The position numbers and the translations under genes are program-made. Positions 1 through 12,399 of a stretch of DNA of 64,000 nucleotides are shown one piece after another. The stretch's first letter is position 1, and each line of letters begins with the position of its first letter. Location of the stretch: contig CM069133.1 of NCBI GenBank assembly GCA_035221665.1, positions 137,578,001 to 137,642,000 on the forward strand, written 5' to 3'. Origin of the DNA: Okamejei kenojei. Taxonomy: Eukaryota. The notes beneath the pieces are model-generated. The model made no database searches. It worked only from the letters and a program-made list of their open reading frames with translations, and was not told the DNA's origin.

Positions 1-534
1 CAGATGGTTAGAACGCAAATTGCTGGAGTTAATCCAGCACTTTGTGTTCTGCTTAAGATTCCAGTATCTATAGCTCTTTGCCTCTATTTCCAGATGGTTA
101 GCTTGGGTGTAAATGGAACCTTGCTGCTTCATAACTTTTGATATTTAAGTTAGATAATACTTAGATTTCCAAGGAGTTAATGCACTTGTGTACCAGACAC
201 TGTGGCTGATTTTCGTTTCCTTATAAAGCCTATGTGTCTGATGAGGTAGAGCTACATCGTGTATCCAGCAATGATCGATGAGTTATTTATCTCATGAGAG
301 TTGTTAGATTTTCTTAAATGTTATTGACACGAAATCTTTCAAATGTGCTGCAACACTTGCAAATATAATGGCAGATTGCGGCATTTAACAATGATGATCA
401 GTTTCTAATATATTTTTAAAAGGAATGATTCCTTTCCTCTGGAAACGAATTGTAGCTGGTGATCATTTTTCAAAGTAATTACTAAATGAGTGAAAAGTGG
501 ACAAGAGAGAGAGAAAAGGGAGATTGTCAGACCA

Positions 535-1470
535 AGAAAGGTCATGAGGAATAGAATTAGGCCATTCGGCCCATCAAGTCTATATAACCATATAACCATA
601 TAACAATTACAGCACGGAAACAGGCCCTCTCGGCCCTTCCAGTCCGTGCCGACCATTTGTTTTCCCCTAGTCCCATCTACCTGCACTCAGACCATACCCC
701 TCCATTCCCTTCACGTCCATATACCTATCCACTTTACTCTTAAATGTTAAAATCGATCCTGCCTCCACCACTTCTGCTGGAAGCTGATTCCACACAGCCA
801 CCACCCTCTGAGTAAAGAAGTCCCCCCTCACGTTACCCCGAAACTTCTGTCCCTTAATTCTCATGTCATGCCCTCTTGTTTGAATCTTCCCTACCCTCAA
901 TGGGAAAAACGTATCCACGTCAACTCTGTCTATCCCTTTCATCATTTTAAAGACCTCTACTCCGCCATTCAATTATGGCTGATCTATCTCCTTCCTAACC
1001 GCATTTTCCTGCCTTCTCCCATAACCTCTGACACCTGTACTAATCAATAATCAATCTATCTATCTCTGCCTTAAATATGTCCACTGACTTGGCCTCCACA
1101 TCCTTCACTGATAAAATAATTCCACAGATTCACCATCATTTTTTGCTCTTCTGGCTCGAAGGGCCAAATAGTCCACTCCTGCAGCTATGTTTCTATCTGA
1201 TTGAAGACATTTCCTTCCTAAAAGAACGTCCTTTCATTCTGAGGTTATGACCTCTAGTCCTAGACTCTTCCCACTAGTGGAAACATCCTCTCCACATCTA
1301 CTCTATCCAAGCCTTTCACTATTCTGTATGTTTCAATGAGGTCCCCACTCATTCTTCTAAACTCCAGCGAGTACAGGCCCGGTGCTGACAAATGCTCATC
1401 ACAGGTTAACCTACTCATTCCTGGGATCATTCTTGTAAACCTCCTCTGGATCTTCTCCAGAACCAGCACA
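535..1470 (-). mobile_element. CR1 LINE 3' fragment (older subfamily), split by a younger CR1 at 583-957
   Basis: ORF 1260-1469(-) reads IQRRFTRMIPG...GLYSLEFRRMSGDLIETY, the CR1 ORF2 C-terminus. The 3' UTR gccattcggcccatcaagtcta|ctccgccattcaat is rejoined when the insert is removed. Confidence 0.85.
583..957 (-). mobile_element. CR1 LINE 3' end, young subfamily A with (TTATATGG)n tail
   Basis: ORF 667-972(-) EVFKMMKGIDRVD...TRGH...FFTQRVV; tail tataaccatataacc on +; CTA duplicated at 580-582 and 957-959. Confidence 0.95.
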
Positions 1471-1584
1471 GAGGAAGAGGCTGAAAAGATTAGCTGTGTA
1501 TATTAAGTAGCAAATATGGCAGTTCATGGCAAATATAGCAGATTATGTGTCTATAAATATCCATGGCTCACGTATATATCTTTC

Positions 1585-1850
1585 AAAGTGCTGGAGTGAC
1601 TCAGCATCTCTGGAGTACATGGGCGGGTGACGTTTTGAGGGGGAGGGGGAGGGAAAGAGAGGGGGTTGTTTGGGGGCAGGGTTTGTGAGAGGTTACCTGA
1701 AATTGTAGAATTCGACATTCGTACCGCTGAGTTGTAAGGTATCCAATCAGAATATGAAGCGCTGTTCCTCTACAATGCGTGTGGTCTCATTCTGCCTGAA
1801 TACAGGAGGCCCAGCACAGAAAGGGTAGGGCGGGAATAGAAGTTAAAATG
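1585..1850 (-). mobile_element. Penelope-like element (PLE) 3' fragment: ORF C-terminus after the GIY-YIG domain plus pLTR
   Basis: The minus strand translates VEEQRFIF*LDTLQLSGTNVEFYNFR*, matching the typical fish PLE C-terminus (EEQHLIFRLG.LQP.GMN.EF). It is followed by the same gctggagtgactcagcatctctggag pLTR motif seen in the fold-back copies. Confidence 0.75.
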
Positions 1851-1917
1851 CTTTCTACATTGTATACTTTAAGGTTTTGCTTTGGAATCCAAATTTTGTT
1901 TTGTTTTTGTGTTTAGT

Positions 1918-2150
1918 TCGTTCGCTCGTGTGTCAGACGACATATAGCTCGTTGTGTAGCCTCCCTTTGATCTGGTATTTTGTTGGTTCATATGCTGGAT
2001 CAATGGTGTTTTATCATTAATGTTTTATTATTATTAATGTTTAGTGTTTTCTGAGTCATTCGTAACTGTCACTGTATGTCATGTTGTTACTTGTGGGTGG
2101 AGCACCAAGGCAATTTCCTTGTATGTGAATACTTGGCCAATAAACTTAAT
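1918..2150 (+). mobile_element. Rex1/Babar-type LINE 3' UTR fragment
   Basis: Ends gcaccaaggcaatttccttgtatgtgaatacttggccaataaac; the same terminus recurs inverted at about 58310-58370. Confidence 0.55.
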
Positions 2151-2772
2151 TAAGTTTCTGGAAACCCGAAAATAAAACTTTCATTTTTGCAGCTTTGAAT
2201 CTTGTTTCACATAGATGAACATCTCTACTATGGGAAAAATATGTTTGTCGCAATCTTTTAGATAAATTAATTTATTTTTTCCTTTTTTTCCAGGTTGCCC
2301 ATTGCATTCAGTCATATCTGTCATATTGTTGTGATGAGCACCACTGCAAAATGTAACTGATTTAAGAACATAATTTTTTTTTTGTTGCAGTCTTTCAAAT
2401 TTATAGAGTATCCTCCTCAAACCACCAAAAACATACATTTTCCGTCTAACGCAATGATTATAAACCTTCGTAACGGTTTACTGCTGAAACAAGTAGTGAT
2501 TTTCATCAAGAATGGTAACCTTCACATAACTTTTCACCAACTTCCTCCAAAACAATATTAACTTCAGATGAATAGGCAGAAGCATACTGGTCATTTATCA
2601 ATTACAATTGATAATTATGGTAATTGTTGTATCATTTTACACATTATGAGCATAAAATACGCATGTGACGGATATGACTCAACATGGTGGAGATAATCAA
2701 GTTTGAAGCGTTGAGTGATGGAGATGACTAAAACTATCTTTAGGGCTGGGGCTGGGGCTGGGGCTAGGGTAA

Positions 2773-3060
2773 TGCCCCTGTCCCACTTAGGAAACCTGAA
2801 CGGAAACCTCTGGAGACTTTGCGCCCCACCCAAGTTTTCCGTGCGGTTCCCGGAGGTTCTCGGAGGTTTGTGTCAGTCTCCCTAATGGTCGAAAGTGGTT
2901 TCCGTTTAAAAAACGGTAATTTTTTAGTCAAAGCCGGTTGCGATGCTAGTTGAAGGTGGTTGCCAGAGGACAAAAACCTCCGGGAACTGCACGGAAACCT
3001 TGGGTGGGGTGCAAAGTCTCCAGAGGTTTCCGTTCAGGTTTTCTAAGTGGGACAGGGGCT
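2773..3060. mobile_element. PIF/Harbinger-type MITE with long terminal inverted repeats
   Basis: TIRs of about 85 bp (gcccctgtcccacttag...cggaggtt / aacctccgg...ctaagtgggacaggggc); flanks TAA (2770-2772) and TTA (3061-3063) fit the TWA target. Confidence 0.85.
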
Positions 3061-3770
3061 TTAGTAACCCCCAATCTCCAGCTCCAGCAGCTCCATCTCC
3101 AGCTGGACACAGAGCCATCGCAGCCGTCGCATCTTCCCTTGACCTCATGTCCCTTTCCACGCCCGGCCCTCTTCAGCCCTTGTTCCCCGATGGGTGGGGG
3201 TAAACATGGTAGGTATTAATAATTAAAATATTTATTAACCTTATTAAAAAAAAAAATTCCTCTAATCTTGATAACATTTTAAATATTAGTTTTTTTCAAA
3301 AATGTATTGTCCTGATGATTCGAGTCATTTCATCAAAGTTTAAAAGTATTTTCATTTCAGATAGATCCCCCATTAAATAAATATGCTGACTTAATTTCAA
3401 TAGTAACCATCGGGACATGTGGTTTTCGGGGGGGGGGGGGGGGAGGGGCATCGAACATCGGGGAAAAATATTAAAAAACAACACTTTATTCATTTAGGGT
3501 TTAAACTTTATTTATGAGGATTATGTTTATTAACAATATAGGAAAAGAAGAAATGGGATAAAATTACAGATTTTCCTTTTAAAAAAAAAAGCATTGAATA
3601 GCGGGACACCAAAGTAGACACTTACTGAAGAAACACCCTGTGGTCATTTTGCTTCAGTTACTTTCACTAGAAATGATTTGACCTGCTTTTGATTGCCTTT
3701 GCTGCTATCTTTATCACTGATTATTGGTTGATATCATCCTTCAGACTCTGTAGCTAACCACTGATACTGA

Positions 3771-3990
3771 TGTTTCTGTAAACAGAAGAGTCTCACGATA
3801 TATAGTCCAAGATCATCTTTAATCAATATGCAAACCATAGCAGTACAGTAGATCGTTAGTTGTCAGAACATCCTGACTGCTTCCACAACTGAGCAGTACA
3901 GGAAGTGTGCGTTAATATAAATGATACAGTAAGGTGGGGTTAGTGATGCTAGCCTATTATGATTGCTTGTCATACATAAACCAATCTACA
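3771..3990 (-). repeat. 3' LTR of Gypsy element (about 220 bp, TGT...ACA)
   Basis: Begins TGTAG directly after the PPT on the minus strand and ends AAACA at 3771 (alternative end 3768); contains TATA-like and ATTAAA motifs. Confidence 0.7.
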
Positions 3991-5165
3991 TCCTTCCCCC
4001 GAAAGAGTGAGTATAGTGAGCACCCATGCTGTAAAAATTAAACACGTTTGCCATATCTATCAGGCGGTGTACTAATACAGCCCGAACGTGTATGGACCAA
4101 ATCCTCTCCTCCTTCACTGGAAAGATTAAAGGGAGCGGGGGACACCCGTGGTGGCCGACAGGGGGAGCATGCAGGAGTGGTAATTCCGTGGTTAGTCGCA
4201 GCCGCTGGTCGGGGTGCAGTGTTAGACGTGCTGGGGCCGGTGGCAGGTACCGCAGCAAACGGTTGGAATCGAAGTGGTGGAGCATAAGGACCGGCTGGTG
4301 GCGGACGGGGTTCCTTCACGGCAAGCAAATGTTGGCGACTTCTGTGGTATATGGTACCGTCATAGTCCACAAGGTCGACAACAGTACCCGGACGGGAATG
4401 TCCCATAGAAGTTTGTAAACGAACGACCTGGCCCGGCTGGAGAGTCGTAAGTGGTTAGCTGGATTTGTCATACGATCGTTTCTGAATGTCGTGTTTCTCC
4501 TGAATACGCTTTTGGATTGTTGCTGGCTTCAGCACCTGCGGTACCAGCCTCTGCTGAGCAATCGGAATTGGAGGTCTTGTTGTTCTGGACATCAGTCGCT
4601 GGGCTTGCGAGCCCAGGGTCCCGTCTGTAGAAATGTTCCTGAGATTTAAAAGATCAAGGTACACGTCTGAATTGTCAAGGCGTGCTCGTTCCATCAGGTG
4701 TTTTGCGCTTCTGACAGCTCATTCAGCGAGCCCGTTACTCTGTGGGTATTCGGGGCTGCTCGTGACATGGTGGAAATTCCATCGGTTGGCAAAGAGCTTG
4801 AAATGGTGGCTGGTCAACTGTCCTCCGTTGTCGGTCTGCAAACGGACAGTTTGCGCCGAATGTAGGGAAATGTTTCTTTAGTTTTCGAATGACCATCTCA
4901 GATGTGGTGGAGGTCAGTAGGTCGAGTTCAAACCAGTTTGAATAGGAGTCGACTAGGACGAAATAGTGCTTACAGCGCCATTCGAAAAAGTCTGCCGCCA
5001 CCGACGCCCAGGGCAGAGCTGGTGGAGGTTGTTGCAGTAGGGGCTGCCTCTGCTGGTGTGCTGCTGGACTGGGGCAGGAGGCTGTACGGTCCCGTATATA
5101 CTTGGCCATCCCGGGCCAGTAGAACACCTTCCCTTCTGTTATTGTGGTTAACATTGTGGACTTCC
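3771..5165 (-). mobile_element. Gypsy/Ty3 LTR retrotransposon, 5'-truncated (integrase, PPT, 3' LTR)
   Basis: Minus-strand ORFs give WASVAADFFEW..YFVLVDSYSNWFE, and across a frameshift TDNG..SSPEYPQSNGLAE. PPT GGGGGAAGGA at 3991-4000 abuts the LTR. Confidence 0.9.
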
Positions 5166-5569
5166 AAAAATTACATTGGGTTATAAATGAAAAGCTTGAT
5201 TAAAGTTAATAAAAACAAATCGTTCAAAATAATTAGCAAATCTGACAAGATCTCTGGGTAGAGAAACTTATCATTTTGGATATTATTTTTTTTTAAATTA
5301 TGACAATTTGAAAGAGCATGGGGAAGCAGAACTGCAAATCCTTATGGTGTGCTTGCTGCAAGTATTTTAATTGATCTGTTTCGGACATATGCCAATAAAA
5401 CTCTTGGTAAAGAACCATCCAAAGATCTATTTCAGGGCAGACAATAAACAAGCTTACTGTTGGCTAAAGATGATCACGATTGCAATTATGATGAAACATA
5501 TAGTGACTTCCTAATAATCTATAGCCATCAATTTGTGTCTGGAACTCTTGAAGACCATTGGCTAAACCC

Positions 5570-5647
5570 TTCTCAGCAGGTACGGGATACTGAAATGGCG
5601 GTGCAGGCTCGAAGGGCTTACTGCACCTAATTTCTATGTTTCTATGT
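5570..5647 (+). mobile_element. Short, internally deleted CR1 3' tail
   Basis: aatggcggtgcaggctcgaaggg...ctgcacctaatttctatgtttctatgt. Confidence 0.75.
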
Positions 5648-7255
5648 AATTTAAGACCATTATGAGCATATTTTAATATTTTAATTTCCAGCTGCAGCAA
5701 TTTTAATTTCCATCAAAATTTAGTCAGAGAATTTACTTGCACTGCATGGAGAAGCTTAGATAAGCCTTCAATGCTTGGAAAAATAAAAATTCAATCAAAA
5801 AAATTAATTGCTGCAAAGAGACTTTAAGAGTCTCCTAATGGCACGATTGCTATTGATTTGTGGGTCAAATTGCTATTTTTCCTTCAGAAGAATTGGATTA
5901 TAGGAGCACATTATAAGCAAGGCCCACTGACTACAGTAGACCTATTGTGCAGATTCGATTTTGTGACACTAGAGCCTGCAGAATAAATGTTTTAACCTGC
6001 AATCAATTCCTATAGAAAAATAAAGAGATCATAGTCAATTTTTGATGGTTTACTTTATTTTGCCAAATATAACATTAGAAAATGCATCTGTTTCCATTTT
6101 TTTTGGGGGGGGGGGGGGAGATATATGCCGATATGTAAAACCAATCCTAATAAAATGAACAAAGATAAAGGAAAATGAGCACAAATGAAGGAAAATTGAA
6201 TGAGACCACAGAAGTAGGTTACTATTTGAAGAAATAAGCAAGTAACAAAATATTTATATTCTACTTTAGACCATCTCAAAAATATGGGGAATATCATTTT
6301 ATTTTGTTCATTTACGGGACAGTGGGATCTCCTGCGGTAAATTAACAGTCAAATTCCTTTCTGTACCAGTTAAACACTGCCTATGGAGTGTGACAAGCTT
6401 TCGAATTGGTGTAAGGTTTGGAGGAACTCTCTTCTATTCATTTAACTGTGGGCATCTTGCCATCTGACATCATTTTTAGCCCTTCTGTTGATGGATTTGG
6501 ATAGGTGCCATAAATTCACTTTTAGCTTTATGCACGACGAGAGCATGTATTTAAAATCACCCTCGTAGAGTTCTAGCCAATTCTCTGACCCTTGATGTTC
6601 AATAGTGCATCCTCGCTCATCACCCCAATTATTTTGAGTTGGAATAGTGGTAAGTAACGTTAATTTAGTAGTTCGTATGTCGATCTCCATGCATTTTAAA
6701 TCTTGCAACTTGACCTACTCAACCAGTTTAGTTCCAGCACAAGATGATAAGAGCTAAAGGGGATGGCAGTTGCAAGCTCCTTATGGATTTTATTACTTGG
6801 TTGCAGATTAATCATGAAAGCAAATGTATAGGATTTAGCAAATGCAGGTCCATCCATCGGAAATGTCACATTTATATATGACCTGTATAATGAAATAAAG
6901 GAGAAGGACAGTCAAATTCAAGCATATTACTCATTCGATCCCTAACTAGAATATGCAATGTTTGCAAGACAAATTTTGCAAGCATGATATAATTTTAAAT
7001 GGGATTTCTGCTGCATTGCTAATGAAGTTATGTTGGAGGTGTGAGAATGGCTCAGATGTAATATGTAGCTTGAGCATTAGACTGGTGCACCAAATATCCA
7101 TTCCAATCTTGCAGTGATGGGGCATGTTATTTGGGGAAGGAAAACAGATGAGTTTAATGGAAGTCTGGCAGATTGGGCAACCAATATGGTATTGTAATTG
7201 TTGCTTTTGGTGAATAGGAATGACAGAAAAAAATGAAAGCCTAGAGGATGCAATT

Positions 7256-9036
7256 AAGTCAAAAGAGTCAAAAGTCAAAAGAGTTTATTGTCATGTGTCC
7301 CTGACAGGACAATGAAATTCTTTATTTGCATAGCACAACAGAACATAGTAGGCATTGTCTACAATTATATACTTAAATTGTTTAAAAAGCCTAGTTTGTT
7401 ATAGATGTCAGTGGTGGGTAAATTAATGGATAGGATACTTAGAGATAATATATATAAGCATCTGGATAAACAGGGTCTGATCAGGAACAGTCAACATGGA
7501 TTTGTGCCTGGAAGGTCATGTTTGACAAACCTTCTTGAATTTTTTGAAGCGGTTACTAGGCAAATTGATGAGGGTAAAGCAGTGGATGTTGTCTATATGG
7601 ATTTCAGTAAGGCCTTTGACAAGGTTCCCCATGGAAGGTTGGTTCAGAAGGTTCAATCTTTGGGTGTTAATGGCGGAGTAGCAAGATGGATTCAACAGTG
7701 GCTGAATGGGAGATGTCAGAGAGTAATGGTGGATGGCTGTTTGTCAGGTTGGAAGCCGGTGACCAGTGGGGTGCCTCAGGGATCTGTGTTGGGTCCACTG
7801 TTGTTTGTCATGTACATCAATGATCTGGATGATGGGTGGAAAATTGGATAAGTACAGATGATACTAAGATAGTTGGTGTTATAAATAATGAAGTAGATTT
7901 TCAAAGTCTACAGAGAGATTTGGGCCATTTGGAAAAGTGGGCTGAAAGATGGCAGATGGAGTTTAATGCTGATAAGTGTGAAGTGCTCAAAATAGGACGT
8001 ACATGGTAAATGGTAGGGAATTGAGGAATGTTGTGGAATAGAGAGATCTAGGAATAACTGTGCATAGTTCCCTGAAGGTGGAATCGCATGTAGATGGGGT
8101 GGTAAAGAAAGCCTTTGGTGTGCTGGCCTTTATAAATCAGAGCATTGAATATAGGAGCGGGAAGTAATGTTAAAATTGTACAAGTTGGTGAGATCAATTC
8201 TGGATTATGGTGTACAATTTTGTCGCCTAATTATAGGAGGATGTCAACAAAATAGAGAGAGTACAGAGGAGATTTACTAGAATGTTGCCTGGGATCCAGC
8301 AACTATGTTACAGAGAAAGGTTGAACAAGTTAGGTCTTTATTCTTTGGAGCGCAGAAGGTTAAGGGGGGACTTGATTGAGGTCTTTAAAATGATGAAAGG
8401 GATAGACAGAGTTGACATGGATAAGCTTTTCCCATTAAGGGTAGGGAAGATTCAAACAAGAGGGCATGGCATGCGAATTAAGGGACGGAAGTTTAGGGGT
8501 AACGTGAGGGGGAACTTCTTTACTCAGAGGGTGGTGGCTGTGAGGAATGAGCTTCCAGCAGAAGTGGTGGAGGCAGGATCGATTTTAACATTTAAAAGTA
8601 AAGTGGATAGGTATATGGACGGGAAGGGAATGGAGGGGTATGGTCTGAGTGCAGGTAGATGGGACTAGGGGAAAACAAATGATCGACACGGACTGGAAGG
8701 GCCGAGAGGGCCTGTTTCCGTGCTGTAATTGTTATATGGTTATATGGTTAAATACACACATTAATTAATAAATTAATAAAGTGCAAATAACAGATGGAGG
8801 GGTATTAATGTTCAGAGTTTTGTCCGAGCCAGATTTAATAGCCTGATGGCTGAGGGGAAGTAGCTATTCCTGAACCGGGTCGTTGCAGTTCTCAGGCTCC
8901 TGTATCTTCTACCCGAAGGTAGCAGGGAGATGAGTGTGTGGCCAGGGTGGTGTGGGTCCTTGATGATGCTGCCAGCCTTTTTGAGGCAGCGACTGTGGTA
9001 GATCCCCTCGATGGAAGGCAGGTCAGAGCCGCTGAT
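7256..9036 (-). mobile_element. Rex1/Babar LINE 3' portion, split by CR1 at 7405-8750
   Basis: 8830-9036(-) translates DLPSIEGIYHSRCLKKAGSIIKDPHHPGHTLISLLPSGRRYRSL..TTRFRNSYFPSAIRLLN. The 3' tail tgacaataaactcttttgact lies at 7256-7295. Confidence 0.85.
7405..8750 (+). mobile_element. CR1 LINE subfamily A, 5'-truncated RT region with frameshifts
   Basis: [37 protein letters not shown]; C-terminal ORF 8282-8668; tail ttatatggttatatggtta. Confidence 0.97.
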
Positions 9037-9726
9037 TATTATATGGGATATTTATAAAATAAAAAGCAAGATGGTCAGCTAACCCATTGAGAATTTTCCA
9101 TGGATTACCCCTGACCTGGCTCCTTTGACCAGCCTTTGTCTTGTTCTTCAATTCACCCAATTAGCAAAAAAACCCAGTAAATCTCATTTTTATAATAATA
9201 AAACTGGTGCATATCAGTTATTTGCAGAAGAGTTCCAAAACTCTTCTCGCACTTTCTCCACGTAGGCGATAAGCCCAACTCCATTCCTAAAGGACCTGGA
9301 GGGACCTAAAGGACCTGGCTCTAACTTCTGTTGCATATAATCCTGGATTTGCTAGCCAGAAAAAAATGGTTTCCTCCACCTCCCAGCAATCTCTTTCCCC
9401 TCTGGTTCCATTAATGTCTTGAACTTGGGTCCACCCATTCATTAACCTTTTAAACTCAAGAGTATAAAATACAAATTTGTGTCATTTCTGTTCATAGATG
9501 ATTCACTGTTGGGTTTGGAGTTTTTACTGTAATTTCACTACTCCTTCTTATAATGTGAGAAACACAATGTAAACATTAACTGGACGAGTCAATGTAAGAT
9601 ACCTGGATGCTGGCTCAGATCAAGCATAACTTCTATTTACTGATGTCCTGACTCTATAAACATAAAGGAAGGCATTGTAATTTTTTTTTTTTGTACGGTT
9701 CCATGACATTTTAATTTTATTCACTA

Positions 9727-11005
9727 CTCGACTAAGTGGGACCCTTTGGGTCCCATGTTCACACGGGAGGGCTGGTCCCCTGACGCAATATTTCACCTCT
9801 CACCAATTCCAATATTGGTGGCCAGTGCGGGGGGCTTTCTGGAGCGCTGGTATGGGTTCTTGGGGTGGCAGCTCAGTCCCTCAAGCCTGATGTGCTGGCA
9901 GCTCACTCACGGCTGGTGGGCTGGCAGTTGACTCATGGCTAATCCTTGAAATTCCATTTCAAGCAGGGTGCAAGGCCACCAAATTCAAGTGCAGTTTCAT
10001 AACACTTCAAGCTGGATCCAAGGCCACCAAATTCAAGTGCAGTTTCAAGACACTACAAGCAGGGTGCAAGGCCACCAAATTCAAATGCAGCTTCATACCA
10101 TTTCATGCAGGGTGCAAGGTCACCACACTCAAATGCAGTTTCATACCATTTCAAGCAGGGCGAAACCACCATAAAACCACACAAAACACCAAACACACAG
10201 CTCAGTAGACATTCAGTGTGTTCAGTTTATTCACAGCTCAGACAGAGTCGTGACCTCTCCCTCCCCCATCATGCAGAGACTGTGCCACACCCACACTTCC
10301 GGGTTTTATAACCCCTCCTCCTCCCACCGGAAAAGGTGTGGCCTTCATGACAGGAGAGAGATTCTCAACATTATTTAAACACTAATAACACTTTTATTTT
10401 TCATTGATGGGAAGAATCCTCTGCTCCTGCTGAGCGGAGGGGGCCTGAGTAATATGGCCAAAAATCACAGCCGTAAGTGGTAGCGTTTTATCTAAAATCA
10501 ATATACAGTGTAAACAGGAAGTTAGCCAAAGCCCCCAAGCCACCATTTGCAGTGGTGCCTTTTCACTTCAACACAAACCCCCCAAACAAACATTTTCAGG
10601 CAGTGCCTTTTTACTTCAAACCAACCATATTTTCATTTTCAAATCACATTAAGGGCACTCACTGTTGAGTAGACATGTGTCCAGTGCTATTCAGAGCTCA
10701 GAGAGATATGACCCTCTGGTTCCTCCATCTTGCAGAGACGGAGTGAGGCACACCACTTCCTGGTTTTATAGTCCCTCCCCCTCCCTCCAGCAGGGGCAGC
10801 AGAGAGAATGAGGAATTTGTTAAAAACATTAATATCGCTCTGATTTTTCATCGATGGGAAAAATCCTCTGGTCCAGGAAGGCGGAGGGGGGCTCTGTGCG
10901 AGCTTGGCCAAAAATGACGGCCGTAGGTTGCGGCGTTCTCTCGGAAATCACAGCACAGCGAGCCAAAAGCGGTCAATGTCAGACTTTTAGTAGGATAGAT
11001 ATAGA
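9727..11005 (-). mobile_element. Non-autonomous Helitron
   Basis: On the minus strand the 5' end is A|TCTATATCTATCC. The 3' hairpin TGGGACCC-AAA-GGGTCCCA is followed by CTTAGT and CGAG|T (variant of CTAG). Insertion is between A and T with no TSD. Confidence 0.8.
9955..10170. repeat. 48-bp minisatellite (about 4.3 units) inside the Helitron
   Basis: Unit aagcagggtgcaaggccaccaaattcaagtgcagtttcataacacttc starts at 9961, 10009, 10057, 10105 and 10153. Confidence 0.92.
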
Positions 11006-11053
11006 TATACAATACCATTTGGAACATTTCTGTCACCAGCTTTTCATTAACGT

Positions 11054-11331
11054 TTAGCGTTTGGTTTAGCGATACAGTGTGGAAACAGGACCCTCGCCCA
11101 CCAAATCTTCACTGACCAGCGATCGCTGCACACTAACACTATCCTACACACACACTACGGACAATTTACAATTTTACCAAGCCAATTGGCCTACAAACCT
11201 GTACTTCTTTGGAGTGTGGGAAGAAACCACGCAGGTCACGGAGTGAACATACAATGTGCGTACAGATAGCACCCATAGTCCCGATTGAACCCGAGTCTCC
11301 GGCGTTGAAAGGCAGCAAATCTGCTGCGCTG
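11054..11331 (-). mobile_element. HE1-type tRNA-derived V-SINE
   Basis: Minus strand has a B-box-like GGTTCAATC, the V-domain core (ggtttcttcccacactccaaaga..caggtttgtagg) and a CR1-like tail with (CTAAA)n. Confidence 0.8.
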
Positions 11332-11519
11332 GGTCAATAAGATAATGATGGACCAAGAAGCCAAAGCTCCCTACTGGTTTTTTAATGATTAGGACCAATG
11401 ATAAATAGGACCAGATTTGTAAGCGGCCTAGAGGTAAGAGCAAATGGTTACACTTAGCCAGAATTTGATCACATATTGTCAAATATTGCATGAGTTCGGA
11501 ATCTCAAATGTTTTTTTTT

Positions 11520-11660
11520 TAAGTTAAAAGACTTTTGAACAGATAGGAAGTGTTTGGAGGATATGGGCAAAATATAAGCAAGTGGGACTAGCCCAGCATG
11601 CCAGCTTGGTCACCATGGACAAAGATAGCCAATGGGCTTGTTTTCATGTTGTATATCTCT
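11520..11660 (+). mobile_element. Old CR1 3' end
   Basis: ttaaaagacttttgaacagatag..ggaggatatgggc..gggactagccc resembles a degenerate CR1 terminus. Confidence 0.55.
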
Positions 11661-12399
11661 TTGCCTCTTTTTGACTCTGCCGCATAGACTTTGGATAACT
11701 GCTACACGTGAAGGACTTTACAAGTCAATTTATATAAAGTCAATTAATGGATTGGATTGTTTGTGATTTATGATACTTCGGACAGCTTTATATAAAAAAA
11801 TACAGTGAAGATGGTCAAGCTTTTTTATTGAAGGGAGAGACTAGAACGCATTTACATAGCTCCACTGGAACAGCCCAAGAAACCTTACAGCCAACTCAAT
11901 GGAAATGCCATTGAAGGAGGCAACTTGGGCATAACAAAGTTTCATAAACATTCATGAGCAGAAAATCAATTCTAGGGAAAGGGAAACAAAGTAATGTCTC
12001 GAGGTGAAGACTGTCAAACTGCATGGGAGGGAAAACGAGTTGGTTTTAAATGCGGAAAGGCTGGGGATGGGATTATTACAGAATTTTTTTTTCTGATAAT
12101 ATGAGTCTAAGGTTATCATAGAAATAATTTATGGGTGTGGTCATGACTTTGGCCTCTCCATTCCAGAGATTCATTATTTTTTATCCATCCTGACACCACC
12201 CTTCTGAAATGGAAAATTTGTTTTTCTTCCTTGCACGGCAAAGATTCTTTCACCTGAAATGTTAACTCTGTTTATTATCCCATAGACATTGCTTGGCCTG
12301 TTGAATGTTGCCAGCACTTTGGTCCCTTTTCAGATTTATTTGAGTATCAGAACATCTATTCCTGTGATTTAATCGAGTGATATTGATGAAATATCCTTT

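Noticed and set aside
2743-2769. GGGCT/GAGCT-like repeats resembling an immunoglobulin switch region
   Set aside because: Only about 4 hexamer units, and no Ig segments or RSS in the window.
6442-6708. Minus-strand ORF beginning QDLKCMEIDIRT, resembling an RTE C-terminus
   Set aside because: The similarity covers only about 12 residues and no tail was identified.
9955-10174. 48-bp repeat array resembling CRISPR, or a repeat-protein ORF (QGHQIQVQF)
   Set aside because: Units are contiguous with no unique spacers, the context is eukaryotic, and the array lies inside a Helitron. The ORF follows from the period being a multiple of 3.
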